Below, in pieces: positions 1 through 10,374 of a stretch of 64,000 nt of DNA. Within the stretch, counting starts at the first letter, position 1. Each line of letters starts with the position of its first letter. The position numbers were made by a program, and so were the translations under genes. The stretch covers positions 59,706,001 through 59,770,000 of the forward strand of contig CM060733.1 of the NCBI GenBank assembly GCA_030704615.1, written 5' to 3'. The DNA comes from Takakia lepidozioides (Eukaryota > Plantae > Bryophyta). A model generated the notes under the pieces. The model made no database searches, was not told the DNA's origin, and was given only the letters and a program-made list of their open reading frames with translations.

Positions 1-570
1 ACTTCGATTCCCCGAATCAAGATCATGGTGTTACCTCGACAGTAAAACACTTTGGCTGCATGGTGGACCTTCTTGGACGTGCGGGACAACTGGATGAGAC
101 AGTGGACCTGATTAAAAAAATGTCAATCAATCCAGATGTTGTGGTGTGGAAGGCCTTGCTTGGTGCCTGCAGAATCCATGGCAATGTGGAGATGGCTGAA
201 CGTGCGGCAACATCTATCCTCAAGTGGGATGAACAAGATGCTGCAACTTATGTGTTGCTATTAGACATCTATGCTGCAGCTAGCAGGTGGGATGATACTG
301 CAAAGGTGAGAAAAATGATGAAGGTCAGAGGGTTTAGAAAGGAGCCGGGTCGCTTCTACATTGAGGTTGACAACAAGGTGCACACCTTCGTTGTAGATGA
401 CAAGTTGCATCCCAGAATTAAGGAAATCCATGCTGATCTGAGAAGATTGTCTGGGCAGATGAAAGGAGGTGGGAGATATGCCTGACACGCGCTTTGTATT
501 GCATGATGTGGGGGAGGAGGAAAAAGAATTTTCTCTTTGTCACCATAGTGAGAAGCTGACCATTGGTTTT
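1..570 (+). pseudogene. 3' part of a PLS-E/DYW PPR gene, truncated inside the DYW domain
   Basis: Translation gives [34 protein letters not shown]..(E domain)..KEPGRFYIEVDNKVHTF. After a frameshift near 475 it reads [22 protein letters not shown], and homology stops near 570 with no CxxCH or DYW end. Confidence 0.85.
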
Positions 571-1084
571 GCACGACCCCTACGACACCTCCTCCTCCAC
601 TAAATTTACAATTGCATTCAAACATCTATGCTGCAGCTGGTAGGTGGGATCCATCTTAGCAGCAGAATATTCTCTCTGCATTTTACCAGCGCCTAACAAC
701 AAGCTGTATGTCCCATCACATTTCACATGAGCCCTTCCTTGTACAACAATTTGACAGATAGAATAGTTTATATAGCTACCTGTTATGTGCTAACTCTCTT
801 CCTCAAAAAGATGCAGAGAGGAGAAGATTGTCAATGCCCAATGCAGGGATGCCTCGGCATGAGCTTGGTCACGTGAGCGCGTGAGCGCAACTGCGCTCAC
901 GCCACGTCACCTTGCGCCAATGCCACATCACGGGGCTCACTCCACGTCATCACACTTGAAGACCGCGTCACCACGCGCCCAGGAAGAAGTGGAGTGTATT
1001 CCCGCGGATTGGCACCCTTTACCGCGGAAACAAGCTGGACGACATAATAAAAGGCAGTGGTCATTCCCACCTGAAAGCAACAGA

Positions 1085-1440
1085 TGAATAAAGGATGGAT
1101 GAATGTACAGTTGGATGATAAACATATGGATGAGTGTGAAAAATGAATGTAGATGGATGAATGAGGGATGGATAAGAGTCAAATGGATGAATGTATAATG
1201 GATGTTGAGCAATGAAAAACATTCATGACAGGAAGATGCATGACTAAAACTTTAGACGAATGCACAACGTATATGACATGAGTGTGGAAGGTTTGTGGGG
1301 TGGATTAAAGAGTACAGAGGATGAATGTACAATGGATGTTGAACAAAGGAAAACACTCATGAATGTAGCACGCATGAATACACTGTAGATGAAAGCACAA
1401 TGGATATGACAAGAGTGAGGGAGGTTTGTGAGATGGATTC
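1085..1440. repeat. Degenerate GGATGAATG-rich tandem repeat, including two ~130-bp units
   Basis: GGATGAATGTA..ATGGATGTTGA..AAAACA.TCATGA..GCACAA..ATATGACA.GAGTG recurs at ~1185-1310 and ~1318-1440. Confidence 0.7.
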
Positions 1441-1454
1441 ATACACATTGCAAT

Positions 1455-4400
1455 TTAAATGGTGCCTGAAGTGGAGCCAGACAAAAGGGGGAGGAGCGCT
1501 GTGTTGTAGAGGTCAGAATCACCCTCCATGCCAAAAAGGCTTCTTCCGCCTGCCTTGCATGCATGGTAAGTTGCTCTTGCACCAGACAGGAGGACATGAA
1601 CAATTTGGTGGGGGGGATTTAAGCAGATGGAACTGGTGAAAGAAAATCAATTCGGAAGGGAGAGAACGAACTTGTGGACACCGAAAGATCGACCACCCGT
1701 GCAGAGTGGTGGCTGCATGACTCTAGCAGTATTTGCATGAACGCTGGGGATTTTTCCTTTGCACCTCTCTAGGGAGTGCCATCTGGTCTCTTCAGAGTCT
1801 GACTGGACTGCATGAAGTTGTGCAAAATGTCATCGACATGCGGCTCATAGGGGGGGTTGATGAAACAACCCTGGTCAGAAATCTCAAAGCTGCGGATGGA
1901 GGATGGTGTCTTTGAGGTGCGAATCCTCCGCAGGCAGATCGCCTCGAACATCCTCGTCTGCCAAAGATAGCAGGTTAGTGTGGTAAGCACAATCTATAGT
2001 GGAAGTGTGTACATCGGCTGTTCAGAACTCAGGCACAAAACAATCATTTTTATCACGAATCGGTGATGATCGGTGTCGATCATGATAGATTCTTCTAGAG
2101 TGGAGCTGCAGAGAACATTGAAACTCATCATGAAAGCACAAGCAGAAGGGAGACGGCATACCAGCTGACCAGGGAAACCCCTTTCACAAGGTAGAGGCTG
2201 TTCATATAATTCCATGTGCGCAAAACTTCAAACCCTGAAGACTTCAGGTATGATGCCAATGCCCGATGACTATCTTTGTCACATGACTGAAAAAGCAGAA
2301 GTGTCCCTGCATCAGAGAGGAAATTATTACAGAACCCGAACACCCAACTCCAGTAGTTGTCCTCGAATTTGTTCCAGCCTGGCGTCTTGCCCTTTGGAAG
2401 AACTTCTGGCACAGCCTGGCCATCCGGGATGTCGAGAATGACAATGTCAGCCGCATATGTTTTCTACACACCGCACACGAAGGTGGGACCTGTGCTCACC
2501 TGCAACAGACATGTTTTTTTTAAGAACGATGGCAAGAATGTTTTCAAAGAACCAAACTGAAATACTGCCAATGAAACTTTCAGAGAAAAAGGAAAGAACC
2601 TGGAATTCTCACCAGATTGAGGAATGAGATTATGTTGTCCCAGGTAGGCAAAAGCACCCCAGTGTATCCTCTCTTTCGACTCTGCATCATCGACAGCCAA
2701 CCCTCATTGACAATTTTAATCTCTCCTGCCGAATCAGAACGGGAAGGGTGTGGCTTGGCATCGAGCACGCACTGAACTGTGCGGGTATATCTTCCAGCAG
2801 TGAAGTCCTGCCCACTCTCCATCCCTTTTCTTTCTCCTTCCCCTTGTCCTTTTCCTTCTCTTTGGACTTGTCTTTGTCCTTTGGCTTTGCTGGTGAGATG
2901 GCTATGACATCAAGAGCCTTGTCTTTTGGTTTGCGGCCCGCCTTCTTTCCCTTCTGCGGCGTTCCCTGAGCATCAGGCTCCTTGGCAGCCAATGTTGCTA
3001 TGTTTCTTTGGTACTCTTCGTCAGTCAGAGGCGCCAGCATCTCAGCATTATTGTTCAAATATTTCATATGCTGTTCTTGAAAGGTCGTGTGCTCCGGTGG
3101 GCAGTCAAGGTACCAGCCACAGTCTCTGAAGTGAGAAGGACTCCAGTCCTTCAATATCCCTGCAGTATACATGGTTGGATCGTTTGCAGGGTCCGACCAC
3201 ATGTCAAGATAGTCTGGAATACCGCTCAGGTGATTTCCTTCCATAAGCACATATTTCGTGTACCTGTTAAACAGGAGATAAATCCCAACCCACCAAAGCG
3301 CGAAGTGAGTAAGATGCAAGTAGCACAGAATGAAAAAAACATGGAATGAAATGGCTCTGAGAACTGCTCCAAGGACCTTTCAGGACCACACGACAGCTCC
3401 GGATGTGAATGTCGTCAACGCCATTCAAAACATTCCATTCAATGATACTGTAAATACACCCTAATCCACGTGAATGCAAACTCTCGCTTTGGAATGACAC
3501 AGATATAGAAGTGAATGTCGTCAACGACATTCACTTTGGATTTGTGAATACACTGCTAATCAAGCCTAATGATTTCTCAAAAGAGGCAAAATCATTGGAT
3601 GGAAATCAGAAACTCGAGTAAGGAACCCTCCCCAAAAACTCAATGGACATTCATAACGAACATAACACTGAGGACCTCATAATAACACTGGATGTGAATG
3701 GCGTCAACGCCATTCACAAAATTACGAACAATGAACCAATTAATACACCCTTAGCTCCCAATCCATGTAAATTCAAATTGTCGCTGGTGAATGACACAGA
3801 CATAGAAGTGAATGTCGTCAACGACATTCACTTTGGATCTCTGATAACACAGCTAATCAAGCCTCAAGATTTCTCGCAAGAGGCAAAAGCAATGCAGAAC
3901 AACTGAATGTCTGCATCGACATTCAGCAAACTGAAGTGAGGAACCCTCACTGTAAACTCTATGGACATTACAAAAACTTACATAACTCTAAGGACCTCTC
4001 AACAACTCTGGATGTGAATGTCGTCAACGCCATTCAGGAACATTATCAATTCGAATCTGGGACACTATAATTACACCCTAAGCTCCTAATCCAGGTGAAT
4101 TCAAATTCTCGCTTAAGAATGACTCAGACAAAGAAGTGAATGTCGTCAACGACATTCAATTTGGATCTATGATTACAATCCTTATGAAGCCAAATTATTT
4201 CCCAAAAAGTGCAGTAGAGTTTCCAGTATGATATTGCACCTGTACACAACTCGCATCATGGCCAACTCTCCTCCAACCTGACTGTCAAAGTCGTTGGACC
4301 GTAAAATGTTACCATCTTTGGAGAACTCCCGGAAAAAACAGTATCTCCAGGTGAGACCTCTCCATGTCCTTATGTATGCCTCCAATGACATTTGGGGAGG

Positions 4401-5565
4401 GGAAACAATCAAAATGTTTAAGTCCTTCAAAGTCTGATCCAGCACAATGATGGCGCGCTTTTCGAGCTGCAAATTGTATATTTGTCAGTATTGCAAATAA
4501 GATACTCATCACATAATTGAAGAAAAGAAAACGGCTTATTTGAATACACACCTGACTCCAAAATGTAGCCTTGTGGAGCCAGTTATCAAACACCAAATCA
4601 CTGATTCCTTCCACCTTTGTGCCAGGCTGTATGGTGCTCTTTGGGAACTGATTCAAGTCCTTTACTGTCTGATCTGAGTTCCATATCTCCAGCCACCTTA
4701 TTTTGTTTGTGGGTCGACCATGGATATGGCCAGCCGGTGCAATTTCTCTTGCTGCATCTCCGGATGCACATACTTGTCATAGTGAGATTTGATCTGCTGA
4801 AGGAACTCAGAACCAAGTCCAGGATCTACTATTCTAAGCTGCTTTCCGAAGGCGGACATCAATTTGGTTCTTCGCAATTCAAACTCATTTTTTATTGCTG
4901 CTTCCACACCCTTTGATGTCCTTAGTTCCTCTGGTGTAGTGCGGTAATATTCGGATTTTCTCTTCTCAGCTGCCTCTGCCAGTTCTTGCTGCATTGATTC
5001 AAATAGTGATTAGCACCGAAGGGACTACAAACATGTATTCGAAAAGTAACTGAGTACAGACTCGGGCTTACCGCATACATGTACTCCAGAAATGCCTCTC
5101 GAGTCAAAGAATACCAAGTGCCTACAGCTCTTCCTGTTTCGCATTTCTTGATTATATTTGGGGGGGGGGGGGGGGGTACCGTCCCAAAATCATCCAGCTT
5201 CATCAGACCAATCCGCTAAATTCGGAATAGTGTGTGGACCAAGCTTGTTGTCACATGCGATTTCTTTGTCGATCTGCAAAAACATTGGAAACATTGCATT
5301 CCTTAACACTGTTTTTTTGGGATTAACAAGACACTACAGAGGGAATGAAATCTCTAGGATGACTTACTTGTTCACGTCGTGCATAGCTGTAAGAAGCCTA
5401 GCGATGTCGTTTCCTGGATCCAAAACCATTGCCTCCACAGCAACATGCTTGTCTTTGTCTTTCGCATGGTGTTTCTGGATGTATCCATCCATGCCAGCAA
5501 TCGGTGGTTGTCGTCCCAGACGTAGAACATGTGGTTGCAGAATTGCTGGGTGTTCTTCCCATCAT
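1455..5565 (-). pseudogene. Multi-exon transposon cargo gene: ParB/Sulfiredoxin-like N-terminal domain plus beta-class N6-adenine/N4-cytosine DNA methyltransferase-like domain; 5' end lost
   Basis: Manual spliced translation. HMFYVWDDNHRLLAWM at ~5490-5530 is a ParB-type xDGNHR motif. AADIVILDIPDG..WNKFEDNYWSWVFGFCNNFLSDAGTLLLF..LKSSGFEVLRTW at 2200-2455 is the motif IV region. P*RGAKEKSPAFMQILLESCSHHSARVVDLSVST at 1673-1775 is motif X/I. ATYHACKAGGRSLFGMEGDSDLY at ~1505-1575 is motif II. Stop at 1455. Introns are GT..AG; in-frame stops and frameshifts are present. Confidence 0.72.
3401..4170. repeat. ~300-bp tandem repeat (about 2.5 units) containing seven palindromes, in an intron of the cargo gene
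   Basis: Units start with GGATGTGAATG at ~3401, ~3690 and ~4010. The palindrome core TGAATGTCGT-CA-ACGACATTCA recurs. Confidence 0.85.
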
Positions 5566-5826
5566 CCCACGACTCCCACCACGAGGTCTCCGCCCCCATG
5601 GTGAGTCCTATGTCACCCCCACTAAGTCCCGCTAAGCTACCACCACCCCTTGTGGAGCCACCCCCACCGCAACCCGGTGTGCGGGGCTCCACCTAGTGAG
5701 CGCCTCCGCCTCCTTGAGTGCCTTGGGCACTCAAGGGTGCTTCAGCCCCCCATACCTATCACTGCCGTTGTCCCCACCACAGGGGCAGCCCCTCATGTGT
5801 CCCGACCCCCTGCCCTCAAGGCGACA
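5566..5826 (-). mobile_element. Truncated LTR of the chromodomain-Gypsy family (same LTR as 23232-23957)
   Basis: Near-identical to 23687-23957 and ends in ..CTCAAGGCGACA. The other part of the LTR is deleted together with the 5' end of the cargo gene. Confidence 0.9.
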
Positions 5827-7248
5827 TCAGTAAACCGATTTACACTGAAGGTCTGCGATAGCAAGGTATCAACGTACGCGAGGAAGGAAGATGGCTTCCT
5901 CTAAAGCGGAGTTATTCTCTAACGACAAACCAGTGCCATTCTCCCAGGAAGTCCTTGATAATGGATTTGCAATTGTTCTGGAAAATGTCTTGGCTACCGT
6001 TTTCAGCTTCAGAATGGCTCCATCTTTTGGAGAAAGAGGTGTACGATTTGAAAGGGAAGTTGTTGAAATACTCTTTCCAAAACCGTGATGAGACGGCTCA
6101 TGTCAGCCAGTGGAGAGTGCCCTGGTCGATACAGAGTACTTGGAGAGCCTCGGCAAAAGTCCCTTGGTCATATGTGACGCCGGGGACTGGCTGCTTCGGT
6201 CGTTGAAGACAAGAGGGAGGTGGTGGTGGAAAAAAAAGAACAGACGTCCTCCACTCCAATCGTTGAGCTTTCGGATTCGTCCGATGATGACATAAGTGAA
6301 ATTCCAAATCCAGTCCTTCCTACTGTGGTTGGAGAAGCTGATGAAGAAGATTTGTAGTGTCATTCCAAAAATACGGGCGATGGGAGGAATGGCTGGATTC
6401 AAAAGCGAGTTGCGAGGAATTGATTGGGAATCTTTGAAGCAGGTGCCTGTGAAGTTCTTGCCAGAGACTTTTGATGGCGATATCCTATTCGAGCTGCCTC
6501 TTCCTCCGCGAGTTGGAGGGTTGTAACAATCATGATGCATGGAATGGACAAGAAACACGACAGGCACCCGTGGTGTAGAACAAAAACATCCAATATTCAG
6601 AATGATGACAAGCTTGTTTTCAGGAGAACAGTTTGCAATGGACACCTTAGGTGTGATAATTTGAATTGCAGACACTTTCTTCAGTCTGGGGTTCATAATC
6701 AAAGCGAATGGGAGGGTCTGGCCGAAAATCCATTTCAGCCTGGGACTGCCCCACCACCGGCAAACACTTTCGTCTGCAAATTCTGCAAACTTGTGCCATC
6801 TGCTTGACGCTCTGCGGAGCAAGAATGTACTATGTTGTCCACCGTTTGAAAACAATGACAAGAGCTTGTGTGCATTTCAGATTCCATAACCATCCTGTCT
6901 CGAAGGGGGATTACAGGGAGAGTGTTGAGACAGTATCGAGGTTGATTAAACAGGATTTCGGGAGAAACCCATCCGCAACAACATCTGCAATTGCTCTTGG
7001 CGCAAGCAAGTCCTTCTTAGAAAGCCATATTTTGAGTGAAGGGGATTCTGTGGGGACTAAACTTGACGGTGCAGCATTGGACCTGGTCATGGATCATTTC
7101 TCCACTTTGAGTTCACCTAAAATTCGGCTTCAGATCAATGCATTAAGAATGGGTTCTGGTATCAGAGGCTACATAGACAACATTTTGGAGTTGAAACGAG
7201 TGAGCAAGTATGATACATCCAGGACAATGTATTCCCAGGTCAAGGTGC

Positions 7249-7436
7249 TGTCGTGCGCATACATATCGCTACACAACTACATCGCTGTCCAAAACCACAC
7301 AACACATGTGCACACCACACACTAGTATATCACTAGTCCACCACTAGTCCAGCCACTAGTCCAACCACTAGGCTACAACTAGTCAGTCACTAGGCTGCCA
7401 CTATGCTGCCCACTATGGCAGTCACTAGTCCACACA
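7249..7436 (-). repeat. Terminal repeat A (3' end of the DNMT-Gypsy element)
   Basis: Direct repeat of 24748-24931, rich in CACTAG units, and adjacent to the PPT. Confidence 0.9.
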
Positions 7437-7695
7437 ATCGCCCCCCTAGCTGGTGCTTAGGTCCCTCTAAGTCCAGGTAGCCACAAGATGTGATAGTGAC
7501 CATAGCCCCACTAAGTCCTCCGCCACTATCCCTACTACACTCAAACTCGATAGATCAAGAGGTCGGGTGCAAGAGTTGCCCCATCGTAGTCGCCGTCTTG
7601 CAACCTGTGAACTTGAGCTTGGGATCTCATGTATTGACTCCTATGAGCTTGGCCTCCCATGTCTTGTTAGCTGCCTCCAGTCATGTCCACTGCCA

Positions 7696-7966
7696 CTATC
7701 CCAAGCAGTGTGGACACAACCAATCTCCGTCAGGAACTTCTCAAGAGGTGGTGTCAAGCATCCCATATGCCAGCCCTTGAGCATCGATCACACACCAGCA
7801 TGGTGGCTACCCCTTTGGCAGACCCACAGAGCATGCACCTCAAACCTGCAGGTACCTTTGCCAAGTTTGGGTCAACTCTGCCATCGACATTGGGAAGGTG
7901 ACATGGCGCACAATTACGCACATGGTCCTTCCAAGTCATGTCATCCCGACCCTCCAAGATCAGGAC
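7696..7966 (-). pseudogene. Integrase C-terminus with PHD finger (DNMT-Gypsy)
   Basis: VLILEGRDDMTWKDHVRNC..CMLCGSAKGVATMLVCDRCSR/GWHMGCLTPPLE/VPDGDWLCPHCLG* is a C4HC3 pattern, read through two 1-nt frameshifts. Confidence 0.85.
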
Positions 7967-10374
7967 TGTCGTGGCCCTTTGCCTTGAGGGCAGGGGGTCG
8001 GGGACACATGAGGGGCTGCCCATGTGGTGGGGGCAGCGGGGCAGCGATAGGTATGGGGGGCTGAAGCACCCTTGAGTGCCCAAGGCACTCAAGGAGGCGG
8101 AGGAGGCGCTCACTAGGTGGAGCCCCGCACACGGGTTGCGGTTGTGGGGTGGGGGTGGCTCCACAAGGGGTGGTGGTAGCTTAGCGGGACTTAGTGGGGG
8201 TGACATAGGACTCACCATGGGGGCGGAGACCTCGTGGTGGGAGTCGTGGGGAGTCTTGGGACTCAGCACGGTCCATAGGGACCGTGGTGAGTGGGCCAAG
8301 ACTCACGCGACTCATCACCGGGAGTCGAGGGTTTTCGTGGTGGTTCGCCATTAAAATGGCATGGCTGGTTTGTGAAACCCCGCGGACAGCTACAGAGGTA
8401 TATATAGGAGAGTAGTAACCCCGAGAACGGTTGCAAGCCCGTTGGTGACCAAAAACTAGTGGATAAGCGAGGCGAGCCGGAAAAGGACCAAAGAGTGGGG
8501 AGCTGTTCGGACTGCCAACTAACAAAGGGAATTCCCGCTGGTTCCAAATCGGTGGAGGGTCTGTTGGGAGGACAACAAAAAGGGGACCGTTATGCCCCGG
8601 TGAGCAGCCGAAGCTCCAAGTTGGCCCAGCGGCCAGGTTGGGAGTCAGGCGCGCGCATCAAAGCGAGTAACCTGGCTCCTGGAGGAGCAGAGCAGTACTT
8701 CGGGCGGCCAAGTTGAGTGACGAGGATCGGGTGGAAGTGGCTCCCACCTATTTGAGAGGCTATGCTCAACAATGGTGCAGAAACGCCTTCACGACCGAGG
8801 TCCAAGCCCGGAAACCTTGAATGGAGTGGGTTCAAGGAATTGATGAAGAGACAGTTTGTGCCCCTCAACGCGTCCTGGCTTGCCCGGGACAAGATGAGGA
8901 ATTTGAAGCAAACAGATGACATTCGGGGGTATGTCCAGGCTTTCAATGTACTGTTGCTCGAAGTCGCGGACATGGCAGAACCAAAAATGGTCTTCAACTT
9001 TGTGGCGGGACTGGCCCCATGGGCAAGCGGAAGTTGGAGGAGGAGAAGCCACCCAAGACTTTGAACGAGGCAATTGAGAGGGCTGAATGTTTCTCGGATG
9101 TCCCTAGGGATGAGAGACAAGGCCGTACGAAGCTGAACCACAAGAAGACCCGGCGGAAAGGTGACTCCTTCCGACCGGAAAAGAAGTGGGATAGGCCACG
9201 CGGCGACAATGGCACGTGAAAATCGAAGGGAGTCACTTATTGCGTCCGCCACCTATGCTGTTGGATCTTGAAAATGAACCTGAGTACGAGGTGGAGGCAA
9301 TACTTAAGTCGAGGAGGTTCAAGAACCGAGAAACGGAGTATCTCGTCAAATGGAAGGGCTATCATCATGTGGAGGCATCTTGGGTGCGTGCCTCAGAAAT
9401 GGGAAACGCATCCGAGGCGGTTGCAGCTTTCGAAGGGTGACCTCAAAAGCGGAAGAAGCGTTGATGGGGACATCAACCTTGGAGCGTGGGGAGGAAATGC
9501 ATGCTGAGCTCGGCTTAGCTAGCTTAGGAATCCGATTGCAAAAACTTGTATTGTACAAAACGTGCTATAAATGAAATGGATTCCAAATGTTGTGCGTCCT
9601 ATTTTGTTGGAATGTGATGCATGGTATAGTTGGCTAGTGTGTAGAATGCATGCTAGCTTATAAAAGTGGGAGAGGTAAATTGGGTTAATCGGTGTTTGCG
9701 TAGTGCCGAAATCGGGTGACCCCCATCCGAGGGGCAAGGAAACTTGCGCCTTCTTTGGGAGTTCACGTGCTAGTGCGCACCTGGCGCGTGCGCGTATTAT
9801 AACTGCGCTACCGAGGGGGTTGCCTTGTAGTGCGGGCTAACGCGGAAGCCACGTGCTTCCGTTCACGTACTATAATTGTGTAGCCTCGGGACGAAGTCCT
9901 AGTGCGATTTCGGCGTGTTCCCGTACCGTAGGCCAGCATTCCAAGGCGGACCCAATTGTAGTGATTGGGGCGCACGGTTGGTTCAAGGTTATCCTCCTAG
10001 TCAAAGAGGGTTCCAGGTGAACCCTTGCTCAAGGTGATGCCAAAAAGCGGCATCATAAGCGGTCGCAAGCAATGTTGTTGCAGTAAGGCGATTCGATCCT
10101 CGGGGAGGATCGTTCCTTGGCCTTGAAGTAGGCCAAGAAGAGTGCACTGGGAGGAGCTGGAGAGGCTCCACCCTTGGCCGGGACTTGGAGGAAGTCGGGC
10201 CGAACTAGCTAGTGGAGAGTAGAGTCAAGTGTGGGGTTTGGTTCTTTGTCATGGGACGCCATGGTGCGGAAACAAACTCCTTGATGTGGGACGCCACAAC
10301 TTGGATGTTCGTTTCTACAAAATGGACAAGTCGATGAGGACATCCACTCCCTGTTGGTAGGGGTGTGTGTCGCG
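7967..10374 (+). mobile_element. Internally deleted chromodomain-Gypsy copy nested in the DNMT-Gypsy integrase
   Basis: 5' LTR at 7967-8670 (truncated), gag fragment at 8672-9218, chromodomain EYEVEAILKSRR..EYLVKWKGYHHVEASW at 9280-9440, purine tract near 10355-10363. Only TGTCGCG of the 3' LTR remains before DNMT-Gypsy integrase sequence resumes. Confidence 0.85.

Noticed and set aside
3401-4170. CRISPR-like array of spaced palindromic repeats
   Set aside because: The spacers are 70-160 bp and are themselves repeated in ~300-bp units. No cas genes are present and the context is a eukaryotic intron.
6103-6861. 252-aa minus-strand ORF
   Set aside because: It is antisense to the transposase and has no recognisable motifs; the same applies to the plus-strand ORFs overlapping the PPR genes.
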